DNA of 64,000 bases, taken from positions 32,001 through 96,000 of IMG/VR virus record IMGVR_UViG_3300009448_000011. One strand, given 5' to 3'. Source of the stretch: a virus. Shown in pieces: positions 38,469 through 48,402 of this stretch. Every line of letters starts with the position of its first letter. Within the stretch, counting starts at the first letter, position 1. The notes under the pieces were generated by a model. It did no database searches. It was not told the origin of the DNA and saw nothing but the letters and a program-made list of their open reading frames with translations. Both the position numbers and the translations under genes were made by a program.

Positions 38469-38925
38469 TAAAAAGGTTATTTATACTAGCAGGATACTCA
38501 TCTAACTTAACAATATCTCCTTCTATTTTAATAACTTCTTCTTTATTAATAATAGTTAAATATAATTCATCCCATATATTTAATGTTTGTTTATATATCG
38601 AACCTCCTCCTATAATAAAAATATCTTTAGTAGGATATTTTAATTGGGCGCTTTCTATTGCATAAAAAATATCTGTAAAAACACAAGCATGAGTATTTTC
38701 TATTAAATTAAAAGTTCCAGTTTTACTTATTACATAATTTATTCTATTAGGTAAGCACTTTTTACCCAAACTTTCCCAAGTATTTCGACCCATGATTACG
38801 ACATTATTAGTAGTAAGCTGTTTAAAATGTTTTAAATCTTCAGAAACATTCCAAGGAATAGAGTTATTACAACCAATAATTCCATCTTCATTTATAGCAA
38901 CAATTGCAATAATTTTAGTACTCAT
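38371..38925 (-). CDS. folA: Dihydrofolate reductase
   Basis: IGCNNSIPW..SEDLKHFK, IMGRNTWES, LPNR, IIGGGSIY. Confidence 0.95.
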   Translation of the reverse strand: MSTKIIAIVAINEDGIIGCNNSIPWNVSEDLKHFKQLTTNNVVIMGRNTWESLGKKCLPNRINYVISKTGTFNLIENTHACVFTDIFYAIESAQLKYPTKDIFIIGGGSIYKQTLNIWDELYLTIINKEEVIKIEGDIVKLDEYPASINNLFSEVNSYATKCATYKKYQRKVIIKVNKKRVLYS

Positions 38926-39322
38926 CCTAATTCTTAATAATAGTTAAACTCATGTGTTTCCTCATTAAATACCAGTAAATTACCCTTATATTTTTTTAAA
39001 GATTGTCGTACAGGGGTATATTCTTTTGTATTTTTTGTTTTTAATTTGGCAATTGCCAGACGTAAACTAGTCATTAAATCATCAGACATAATATTAATTC
39101 CTTATTTTTAAAAATTGATATTATATTCCGTTCAGTCTTTCCTCAAAATAACAGGAAGATTGTTATGAACAAAAGGAATATAATAATTTTGTTTATTGTG
39201 TATTTTGTACAAAGCAACATCATAAAAGTGGATATGTTTATGTACTACCCAAACACCCCACAAATTTTCCAATTCAATCTCATCCGTAAGTCTAAATGTA
39301 TCATTAATATCTATCATAGAAA

Positions 39323-40141
39323 TTAAAGAGCCAAAGGTAATTTAATAATAGGGCCACTTTGATAATTAATTAATTTAAAGTGATCTAAAGTAAAATCTTG
39401 AATATTGTTAACAATATCAATTATTTCGACTTGAGGATTTGAATAAGATTTGCGTTCCATAGATTTAAGGGGCTCGATATGATTATTATAAATATGTAAA
39501 TCATTCATATAATAAGTAAGAGTACCAGGTATTTTATTAGTAAGAATAGACAACATAATAAGTAGAAGGGAATAACTAACCCAATTATGTTGTAGTCCAC
39601 AACCTACGTCATTGGAACGCTGTAAAGTAGACATATGTAGTACATTATTATTATCAACTATTAATTGAGTAGTTAAACCATGACAAACATATAAGCTACC
39701 TAAGTCAGCGTGGGAAGGATTATAAGTAGTCAATAAAATACGTCTACTAAAAGGGGAGGTTTTAATAGTATGAATAACATTATGTAATTGATTAATGCCT
39801 TGATGATTAAAATCAGTAAGTTGAGTGCCGTACATAGGACCTATTGTGCCATCGTTTTGAGCAAAATCTTGCCACCACTTATAAGCAGAACCGCCATAGG
39901 ATTTTAAATCTGCTATAGAATTACTACCACTAATAAACCAAAGTAATTCTCTTAAAGTATTTTTAAAAGAAGCATGTTTACAAGTAATAAGAGGAAAACT
40001 TTGCATTAAATTAAACTTAACCATATGGCCAAATATTCGTTTAGTACCGACACCGGTTCTATCGTTATGATCTTCGCCATAAGTTAAAATCGCGTCAATT
40101 ATATCAAAATAAGCTTGATCTGCGGGGGTAATTTCATTCAT
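39323..40141 (-). CDS. thyA: Thymidylate synthase
   Basis: DRTGVGT, ELLWFISG, GPMYG, CHG, QRSND, HIYNNH. Confidence 0.93.
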   Translation of the reverse strand: MNEITPADQAYFDIIDAILTYGEDHNDRTGVGTKRIFGHMVKFNLMQSFPLITCKHASFKNTLRELLWFISGSNSIADLKSYGGSAYKWWQDFAQNDGTIGPMYGTQLTDFNHQGINQLHNVIHTIKTSPFSRRILLTTYNPSHADLGSLYVCHGLTTQLIVDNNNVLHMSTLQRSNDVGCGLQHNWVSYSLLLIMLSILTNKIPGTLTYYMNDLHIYNNHIEPLKSMERKSYSNPQVEIIDIVNNIQDFTLDHFKLINYQSGPIIKLPLAL

Positions 40142-40213
40142 ATATGATTACTAATTACTATATTTTTTTTCTTATTATAATAGGAACAACTTAATTACTT
40201 ATATATATATATT

Positions 40214-40996
40214 ATGTCTAGACGTAAAAAAGCTCAAGCCTTTATTGAACAAGCTCACGCTAATTTTACTAATGAAAATGCAAAGTTATATTCAGCGCAT
40301 TCAAAAATAGAAACTACAACATATATAAGAAGTGTTAATGTTCACCAAAAACAATTTGTTAAATCAATTAAAAACAATATTTTAACGTTAGGCAGTGCTC
40401 CTGCGGGTTGTGGAAAAACCCTATTAGCGTTATTTACAGGAATACAACTAATTAATGATAAAGAATCTCCCATTGAAAAAATCTTATATGTTAGGGCTAA
40501 CATTGATGATAGAGAAGAAAAAGAGTTAGGGGCGCTACCCGGGGAACTTTTAGATAAAACTAAACATTTAGCTTACCCCATCCTAGATAATTTAGAAATG
40601 TTTATGAAAAAAGAAGCAGTAGAGAGTGCCTTAACTTCTTCTAAAATAGAAGTACTTCCTTTCCAAATGATGAGAGGTAGAAGTTTTCATAATACATTTG
40701 TAATACTTGACGAAACACAAAACGCAACAAAAAAACAATTAAAAACATTAATGACGAGGTTATGTGAAACATCGAAATTAATAATTATTGGAGATCCAAG
40801 CCAATGTGATATAGATGCGTTTAAGAATGGATTAATTGATTTAGAATGGCGGTTAAATAAAAAAGCAAATACAAGTATTACAGAAGAAAACAAATATCAA
40901 GCACAAGTTAATTATGGAGTAATACACTTTGATTATGAAGATATACTTAGATCAGAGTTAACCAAATTTGCAATAGATTTATATAATATTAAGTAG
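40214..40996 (+). CDS. phoH: PhoH family ATPase
   Basis: PAGCGKT, LGALPG, MRGRSF, DETQN, GDPSQCD. Confidence 0.93.
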   Translation: MSRRKKAQAFIEQAHANFTNENAKLYSAHSKIETTTYIRSVNVHQKQFVKSIKNNILTLGSAPAGCGKTLLALFTGIQLINDKESPIEKILYVRANIDDREEKELGALPGELLDKTKHLAYPILDNLEMFMKKEAVESALTSSKIEVLPFQMMRGRSFHNTFVILDETQNATKKQLKTLMTRLCETSKLIIIGDPSQCDIDAFKNGLIDLEWRLNKKANTSITEENKYQAQVNYGVIHFDYEDILRSELTKFAIDLYNIK

Positions 40997-41060
40997 TCAA
41001 TCCTAGCTAGTGATATACTTAGGGAGTCAATAAATACACTTTTTATAAAAATACAAAATA

Positions 41061-42572
41061 ATGGTAGATCCGTTAAAAATTGCGGTCAAAGGAAGTCCTT
41101 TAACTTGTGATGAATTTGATGAAGCATTAGACATATTACAAAATAGAGCTAACCACGTAGGAACTCAAAGTTGTAATACTATTAATGATTTAGATGTATG
41201 TTTAATAACTTCTAGTACAGTAATTGCTATTAATACATCTATAAGCCAAACAACAGCAAGAGTAACTAATTTAGAAAATACATTATCTGCTAGTGGGAGT
41301 ATTGCTAATGATTTAAATACATTGGAAGCAACATTAACGGCAGATATAAATCAAAATAGAGCGTCTATTACTGCGCTTGAAACAGAAGTTGATTTATTAC
41401 AAACTAATGTACAAGGAGTTGAATTTAATTTAGCCAGCCTAACTACGTTAGTTACTAGTAATAAATCTGATTTAGAAATTCAGATAGATAATGTTGAAGC
41501 AGTTAATGTTACACAAAATGCTCGATTAACCACAGTAGAAAATAGAGCTACTGTATTAAATAGTAATATATTAAGTGAAGCAGCAGCGAGACAATTAAAA
41601 GATAATAGTCTTCAAGCAGAAGTAGATGCAGAAGAAATTAATAGAATTAACGATATATCTACGGTGAATTTAAGTATTGTAGATGAAATTACTGCAAGGA
41701 CTGCAGGAGACGTAAGTTTAAATAATAGTATTACTGCTACAAATCTTGCAATTGACACTAAAATACTTACTGAAAAAAATGCACGTATTGCGGCGGATGC
41801 AAATTTACAAGTAGAAATTAATAATTTAGCTAGTTCTTTAACTAATGCAATACCTACAGGGACCATATTACCTTATGCAGGTAATTTTAATACTATACCT
41901 AGTGGATATTTATTATGCGCAGGGGCTGCAATTTCTCGTACAACGTATTCTAATCTGTTTAATATTATAAATACTAGATACGGAATAGGAAATGGAACAA
42001 CTACGTTTAATATTCCTGATTTAAGAGATAAAACTTTATATGGGGCTTTTGCGGGCAACTTAGATAGTTCGCCCCCAATAATAGGCGAGAATGTTAAAGC
42101 TATTACAGTAGGAAACTTACCACCTCATAGCCATACAGTATCTGCAGGAAATCATAGTCATGAAGTAGATACAGATCATTTCCATGGATTATATATACAT
42201 AATCATACCCATACTAGTGGTAATGTGGGAAGCCATAGTCATAGTTTAAATCCTTATCGTAAAGTAGCTTTGGGCGGAGGAAATAATGATGAAGCAGGTG
42301 CAGAATTAACTACCATACCTGTTAATGATGGTAGTAGTAATGTTTATCCTAATACTGCTGCTGCGGTTGCTTCAGGACCAGTTATTAATGCCTCACCTGT
42401 ACAAATATATCCACCACCTTTCACAGGAATAAATAAAACAGACAATGGAGGAGGAGTTAAGGTAACAAACCTTAATGGAGGATATACAACATCTACATCT
42501 ACAATAGGGAGTAATGTTGATTTTGATGTTAGACAGGCAGGGTTACGTGTAAACTTTATGATTAAAAGCTAA
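41061..42572 (+). CDS. Tail fibre protein with collar domain
   Basis: Coiled-coil repeats; PTGTILPYAG..P.GYLLC.GAAISRTTYSNLF; TFNIPDLR; HxH repeats. Confidence 0.88.
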   Translation: MVDPLKIAVKGSPLTCDEFDEALDILQNRANHVGTQSCNTINDLDVCLITSSTVIAINTSISQTTARVTNLENTLSASGSIANDLNTLEATLTADINQNRASITALETEVDLLQTNVQGVEFNLASLTTLVTSNKSDLEIQIDNVEAVNVTQNARLTTVENRATVLNSNILSEAAARQLKDNSLQAEVDAEEINRINDISTVNLSIVDEITARTAGDVSLNNSITATNLAIDTKILTEKNARIAADANLQVEINNLASSLTNAIPTGTILPYAGNFNTIPSGYLLCAGAAISRTTYSNLFNIINTRYGIGNGTTTFNIPDLRDKTLYGAFAGNLDSSPPIIGENVKAITVGNLPPHSHTVSAGNHSHEVDTDHFHGLYIHNHTHTSGNVGSHSHSLNPYRKVALGGGNNDEAGAELTTIPVNDGSSNVYPNTAAAVASGPVINASPVQIYPPPFTGINKTDNGGGVKVTNLNGGYTTSTSTIGSNVDFDVRQAGLRVNFMIKS

Positions 42573-43165
42573 TGCATAAAACAATTAAATATTATAATGA
42601 TAAATTTGATATTGATGGAATACAATTTCCAAATTCAATAGTTAAAACAACTAAACCGTCTTTTGCCTGCGAAGATGAAATAAAAGAATTATTTTATAAA
42701 GAAGCGTCAGGTCAAAATCAAATAGTGTTTAAAGATGATTCTATAAAAAATATTTCTGATTTTGACCCTTTTTATAATGAATTAATATTATTAGCTTCTT
42801 ATTTTGAATTTGAATATAAAGAAATTTTATTTAAAGAAACTCAAATAATTATAGATAAACCGCTTCCTATTGTAGATTTTAAAGAACTTTTTGCGCACGA
42901 CATTACTGCAAAAAAACAAAGTATTAAGATAAAAATAGTAGAAGAATTAATAGGAAAAGAAATACTAACAGATAAATTTTATTTTAATATCCTAGATAGA
43001 TTGAAAAAAACTTTATTAATTCAAAGTGATTGGACTCAACTACCCGATGTTCAATCTTCTTTTTCTGATGAAGAAAAACAATCCTGGATTATGTATAGGT
43101 TATCGTTACGTAATTTAGATAATGTTACAGATCCTTTAAAAGCAAGATTGCCTAAATACCCTTAA
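42572..43165 (+). CDS. Tail fibre assembly chaperone-like protein
   Basis: LLIQSDWTQLPDV...W..YR..LR. Confidence 0.75.
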   Translation: MHKTIKYYNDKFDIDGIQFPNSIVKTTKPSFACEDEIKELFYKEASGQNQIVFKDDSIKNISDFDPFYNELILLASYFEFEYKEILFKETQIIIDKPLPIVDFKELFAHDITAKKQSIKIKIVEELIGKEILTDKFYFNILDRLKKTLLIQSDWTQLPDVQSSFSDEEKQSWIMYRLSLRNLDNVTDPLKARLPKYP

Positions 43166-43176
43166 TTTCAACTTCA

Positions 43177-45543
43177 TTAAAACATTTTGTGAAGATTTAA
43201 TTTGTGTTCCATTAAATTAATATAAAATAAAAAATCTTTTTCTTCTATACTAATTTCCGATTGAAAATAATTTTTAACACGGTAGTATTTAAGAAAAGGA
43301 AGTTTAGTTAAATAATCCTGACATTCATTATATATATATATACATTCTTTTTGTATTTTTAAGGGTACTTTAAGGTCAACAAAAAGTTCATTATATCCTT
43401 TTTGTTGTAAACTTTTCTTCATTAATTGTAAATCATTATTAATTAATAAAGCATAGCTTTCTAATTCTTTATTGTTATTTAAATATTTTAGTGCTCCCTG
43501 ATATTGATTATTTAAGTAACCAAATAAACTATTTTTTTCAGACAAGTTTTTATAATTAAAAAGAAGAAAAACTTCTTGATGATTTTGGAAGTAATAGTAA
43601 ATAAAAAGATTTAGGCCTAAGAGATTTAAATTAGATTGATGAATTAAATAATCTTGTTTAATAACGTCTAACAAATTAACCCAATTAGAGCTAGTGAAAT
43701 TCTTAGTTAAAGTAGGGATATAGTAAATATTAGATATAGAAATTTTTTTATAAATTAAATAGTTATTTAATCTTTCTATAAAATTTTGGATAACTTCTGG
43801 ATATCTAGTAGTAATACCTAAATTTAGAAAAGGCACTAAATTCTGGGATAATTCTTCTTCATTTAAAAAATAACAAGTGCGAAGGGGAGCTTTTAACACT
43901 TTTATTTCTTTACACCACGCGCCTAAACCTCGAGCTCTTTCTCTTTGTTTAGTTTTGTGTAATTGTAATATAGTAAATACATTTGTATTAGAAGGTTTTT
44001 TTTTAACAAAAGGATTATCTTCATTAAATTCTTTAATAATATTAGATAAATATACTGTATCTAAAGTTCTAAGAATCCATGGTTGTACTTTATCTAAATC
44101 TACAGAAGAAACACAAATAAAATTAGTGTCACTTAATTGTTCCCTATTTTTTTGGATATAAGCTTTTAAATATTTTTTATAATTATTATATTTACTATCT
44201 TGTACACATAATATATACTTATTTTTTCCTGTATAAATAGTACTAGTTTGTATTTTATTTAATACATCAATTTCTTTAGATTTTAATTTAGACCAGGATT
44301 TATCTAATTTATAGACTTTAAAAGTATCAGGGAGTTCTTTTTCGATAAAAATAGCATAAAACTTATCAAAAGAAAGGTTTTCAGGTTGCCAAGTTAATAA
44401 ACTTAAAAATTTTGTACGTAATATATTAGGATAATTTACATAAGAAATAGTTGCGGAAATAAAGTCAGGGTTATGAATTAAATCAATACGCAAATATTTA
44501 TAAAATTCTATAAAAAAAAGATATAAATATTGATAAAGTTCTAAGCAAGTTTTTTTAGTATATTGTAAATTTTCTCTAGAGGCAGAAATATCTAAAGTAC
44601 CTATAGGGACGTTAATCTCAAAAGAATACAAACATAAAACGTCAATAAATGTAAAAAACAACTCAGTATTTTTTAGATTGTCTATGTAATAAGGACAATT
44701 AGTAGTTATATAATATAAAACTTCGGGTGTAATATTACTAAAAGAACTTTTTAATAATTCTAAATCTAATTTATAAGGAATATCATATATAACGACTACG
44801 TGTTTACAACCGTGTTTAGCTTCCCAATAATTAGTATCTACTAATAATAACGACCATAGTTTACCAAAATAGTTATAAGTATTTGTTTTTAAAGTTAAAC
44901 GAGCTTCTAAAGTTTTATTTAAAAAATTAAACTTACTTTTAGTATATGTTAAATACAAAGATAAGCTTTTGAAAATATGAGTTAAATCTTTTGTATTAAA
45001 AGGAACACTAACTTTTGTTCCAGGTAAAAACTCAATAATATTACTATCATTTTCTTCTAATAAAGTTAAAGAGCCTACCCGAGACTCATCAATATATTGA
45101 ACCCATTTTCTATAAATATTTATATTATTTTCTACAGTATAAGTTTCAATCCAAAAATGATCAGAATAAGCTAAAGCAGATTTACTACCTAAGCCCCAAC
45201 CACCTTGAAGATTATTATCTTCTCTTTTATCAGATTTTCCCATTTTAGAATACACATTAAAAATAATATCTTTATCCATAGAGTGGCCATAATCTCTTAT
45301 AGAAAAGATATTAGACCCAAAGAGATATTCAATATTAATATCTATGGGAAGATCTATGTTAGCTTTTGTATGCGCGTCTACTGCATTGCTATAGAGTTCT
45401 CGTACAAAAGAAGAAATAGGATCTGTATAAATATTATTCCTCAATAAATTCATAATAGTTGAGGTATTTTCTAAATCTAGACTCATTTGTGTAGAAAGTT
45501 TCCCTTCAAAATGTCTAGACGTATTAACATTATTTAATTTCAT
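43177..45543 (-). CDS. rIIA-like protein (GHKL/Hsp90-type ATPase N-terminus)
   Basis: IYTDPI..VRELYSNAVDAH, IRDYG, GGWGLGSKS. Confidence 0.75.
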   Translation of the reverse strand: MKLNNVNTSRHFEGKLSTQMSLDLENTSTIMNLLRNNIYTDPISSFVRELYSNAVDAHTKANIDLPIDINIEYLFGSNIFSIRDYGHSMDKDIIFNVYSKMGKSDKREDNNLQGGWGLGSKSALAYSDHFWIETYTVENNINIYRKWVQYIDESRVGSLTLLEENDSNIIEFLPGTKVSVPFNTKDLTHIFKSLSLYLTYTKSKFNFLNKTLEARLTLKTNTYNYFGKLWSLLLVDTNYWEAKHGCKHVVVIYDIPYKLDLELLKSSFSNITPEVLYYITTNCPYYIDNLKNTELFFTFIDVLCLYSFEINVPIGTLDISASRENLQYTKKTCLELYQYLYLFFIEFYKYLRIDLIHNPDFISATISYVNYPNILRTKFLSLLTWQPENLSFDKFYAIFIEKELPDTFKVYKLDKSWSKLKSKEIDVLNKIQTSTIYTGKNKYILCVQDSKYNNYKKYLKAYIQKNREQLSDTNFICVSSVDLDKVQPWILRTLDTVYLSNIIKEFNEDNPFVKKKPSNTNVFTILQLHKTKQRERARGLGAWCKEIKVLKAPLRTCYFLNEEELSQNLVPFLNLGITTRYPEVIQNFIERLNNYLIYKKISISNIYYIPTLTKNFTSSNWVNLLDVIKQDYLIHQSNLNLLGLNLFIYYYFQNHQEVFLLFNYKNLSEKNSLFGYLNNQYQGALKYLNNNKELESYALLINNDLQLMKKSLQQKGYNELFVDLKVPLKIQKECIYIYNECQDYLTKLPFLKYYRVKNYFQSEISIEEKDFLFYINLMEHKLNLHKMF

Positions 45544-45599
45544 TTGTAAAATTTGTTAAAAATATTAAAGAAGGTTTCAATACGACCTTCCTTAATAAT

Positions 45600-47972
45600 T
45601 TAAGTTTTAATAATATATAGTGCTTTACCGGCAGTTTTAGGAACTTCCACTGTTGTATTAATGACCCACAATAAATTAGTATTTTTAATTTGGGAAGCAG
45701 TAGGAAAAACACAATAACCATCTGAAGCAATAATGCTTAAAATAGGGGTATATTTTTTAATACCGTAAAGTAGAGGAGTTACCATATCAGTGCCCCCACC
45801 ACCTTCAGCGCGAATCCACCCGTTTTTAATTTTATCTAAAAAGTTAGCGCCATCAGCTTTAACAATATATTCACTACGAACTTTTGTATCTGCAAAAATC
45901 AAAGCAATTTCTACATTAGTTTGTGTTTGAACATTTTGTATTTCTGTACAAAACATAGTTAATTCTTCTTCATTAAAACAAGAACCACTAGTATCTATTA
46001 TTACTAACATTTTATCTAGACCCTTTTTATTTAAAAGACCAGGCATATAAACATTAGGGTTAGGTAAAGAGCCCATTCTTCTTGCAGGTTTACTCCACGT
46101 TTGTTCTAAAACAGGCATACACCTTTTAATTAAATATTTACGTAATTCTACATGCCAAGAAATTTGAGGTTTATAAACATCAGGATTAACTTTACCTAAT
46201 ATAGAATTGTTAGAATTAAGTGATTGAGCTTTAGCCCTATTATATCTTTGTGTCCATTGAAAATCATCTATTTGTGAAGAAGTAGAATCTTCTTTATTGG
46301 CTTCTTTTATATCATCGCCTGCAAATAATGTATGTTTGCTTGCTAATTTTTTAGATAATTCTTCTACTTCTTTTTCTAATTTTTCTAATACACTTTCTTC
46401 ATTATTAGAAGAATCAGGAGGTTTTTTACTATTATTAGCCTTGCCCCCTTTTTTTTTATTTTGGGACTTTGACTGATTTTCTACTTGTTTTTGTAAATTA
46501 TCTCGTAATGTTTTAATTAAATATTCATATAAACTTTCTGAGGTCCAGTGACTAAAATGTTTTCTTTCACTTTGCGCAATATTACACTCAGAATATATAC
46601 TCTCTAAATTAACTACTTCTTTTTTATTTAAATATAAATAGGAGGGTGATCCTACTTTTTGTTCATCTTTAAATCCAATACTTTCATTTATAATTGCATC
46701 ACAATTATGAGTCACTACATTACTTGCAAGATATATGTGCGTTTCAGTTTCAATGTTATACACTAATCCTTCATAATATTGCTTAGAAATATGTTTAATA
46801 GGAGTTAATATATAATCCTTAGTAGTTTTCCATATTTGACTATTATTTACATTTCTAGAAGATTTAGTAGTTTTAATATATGACAGTAAATAGCCACTTT
46901 CTACATAATCAATAGTTAAAAATTTATTATGTTTTGCAAATAATAATTGTAATTGTCTAGCTAATAAATTTGAAGATGTCCACGCAGTTAATTTATTTTT
47001 ATTTCGGTGCCCTTCCCCATCAAAATAACCTTTAATAAAACTAGCAGTTAAATTATTAGGTAAATCTAAAAGCCAATTCGGCAATTCTGTTTTTTCTTTT
47101 ATTAAAATTGAATTACAAATAGATACAATATAATAATAGTAGGAAAGAAAAGTAGAAGAAATTAAGGCTAAAGAATTAAAATAAGATGAGATTCGATTAT
47201 TTGGAATTAAATCAAAAGAACCTTTAGCCAGAAAATAGCCTATGGAATATAATAAATCATTTGTAAGGAGAAAGTTAGAAGGAAAAGGAGGGAGAATAGG
47301 AGGAATTAAAGAAGAATGAAGTTTAGGGATACATAAATAATCTTGAGTAATATTTAACTCTTGTGCTGTTTTCCAACTATAATTAATTTGGTTATTAGAG
47401 TTAAAGTTAGCAACGTAAAAAGGATGATCTTGGGTAGCTTCAATATTCAAACAACCAGTGGGTTTAATAGTATACATATCATCTTGATATATATTTTCCA
47501 TAGTGTTTGTAATAGTGCCGCCAACTAAAGTGGTATCGCCTATGATTAAATCTTCTATATTCTTGAAACCTTCTAAGGTAAGAATAGGTTCTCCTGGTTT
47601 AAAACAAGCAATATTATATAAATTGCTAATTCTTTTTTTACCACGTATACAATGTCTAAATACAATATGAAGCATTTCATGAATAATAACTGCACATTGT
47701 ACAGGAATTTCTAATGAAAAAAATCTATCAGCAAAAAACATTTCATCGCCATTAGTATAAGCCACCTGTTCAAAATAAGGGTGAGAATCAGGGACTACAG
47801 AACTAGGAACAAAAGTCAATAAGCCTTGTAGAGAATTATCTTCACATATAATACGAGCTCTTAAATTATGTAAAATCCTAATTTTTTTATCATAAGAAAT
47901 ATTAGAAGGAGGAAAACTATCTGCTAATTTTTCATCAGACATAGAAAATAAAGAAGTTTCAATCATAGTCAA
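45600..47972 (-). CDS. HExxH metallopeptidase-vWA protein (DUF2201-like) containing an intein
   Basis: HEMLH, NIA|CDAIIN after intein removal, DTSGS MIDAS, GGGGTD, SDG. Confidence 0.85.
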   Translation of the reverse strand: MTMIETSLFSMSDEKLADSFPPSNISYDKKIRILHNLRARIICEDNSLQGLLTFVPSSVVPDSHPYFEQVAYTNGDEMFFADRFFSLEIPVQCAVIIHEMLHIVFRHCIRGKKRISNLYNIACFKPGEPILTLEGFKNIEDLIIGDTTLVGGTITNTMENIYQDDMYTIKPTGCLNIEATQDHPFYVANFNSNNQINYSWKTAQELNITQDYLCIPKLHSSLIPPILPPFPSNFLLTNDLLYSIGYFLAKGSFDLIPNNRISSYFNSLALISSTFLSYYYYIVSICNSILIKEKTELPNWLLDLPNNLTASFIKGYFDGEGHRNKNKLTAWTSSNLLARQLQLLFAKHNKFLTIDYVESGYLLSYIKTTKSSRNVNNSQIWKTTKDYILTPIKHISKQYYEGLVYNIETETHIYLASNVVTHNCDAIINESIGFKDEQKVGSPSYLYLNKKEVVNLESIYSECNIAQSERKHFSHWTSESLYEYLIKTLRDNLQKQVENQSKSQNKKKGGKANNSKKPPDSSNNEESVLEKLEKEVEELSKKLASKHTLFAGDDIKEANKEDSTSSQIDDFQWTQRYNRAKAQSLNSNNSILGKVNPDVYKPQISWHVELRKYLIKRCMPVLEQTWSKPARRMGSLPNPNVYMPGLLNKKGLDKMLVIIDTSGSCFNEEELTMFCTEIQNVQTQTNVEIALIFADTKVRSEYIVKADGANFLDKIKNGWIRAEGGGGTDMVTPLLYGIKKYTPILSIIASDGYCVFPTASQIKNTNLLWVINTTVEVPKTAGKALYIIKT
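46704..47606 (-). mobile_element. Intein (301 aa) with LAGLIDADG-type domain
   Basis: Starts CFKPG, ATQDHPF, FIKGYFDGEG, ends VTHN|C. Confidence 0.9.
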
Positions 47973-48372
47973 TTCCTAATAATTCTGTTAAAGCAAACTG
48001 AGCATCAAATAATTGAATAGTGTTAGGTCTACTAAACTCAAATAAATATTGTTGAAATACGCCTAAAGATTTTTCATAATATTTTTCAACAATAGCATTT
48101 ACAATAAGTTTTTCATCAAATAAAAAAGTAATTTCTTGGTATTGAGCTGCGGTGCCTAAATAGACAGTAAATCTAATAGTAGGATCTACTACATCAACTC
48201 CCTGACTATTTTGATAAGTAGGAAAAAATATCAAAACAGCAAATTTTACTATATCTTCGTGTGTAAAATTACGAGAAGATAGAATTTCATACCCTCGATT
48301 AGTAAAACTATAGTAAGCCAATAATTCTGCTATTACTTTTAATTTGTTTTTATATTCTAAGTTTTTTGTCAC
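47959..48372 (-). CDS. Hypothetical protein in the MoxR-vWA operon
   Basis: 137 aa ORF. Confidence 0.5.
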   Translation of the reverse strand: MTKNLEYKNKLKVIAELLAYYSFTNRGYEILSSRNFTHEDIVKFAVLIFFPTYQNSQGVDVVDPTIRFTVYLGTAAQYQEITFLFDEKLIVNAIVEKYYEKSLGVFQQYLFEFSRPNTIQLFDAQFALTELLGIDYD

Positions 48373-48402
48373 GGGGAGTTTCTCCTTATATAATTTTAAA
48401 AA

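Noticed and set aside
39323-40141. ThyA as a dCMP hydroxymethylase for modified DNA
   Set aside because: It keeps the dUMP-specifying Asn (HNWVSY) and is linked to DHFR; no glycosyltransferase is nearby.
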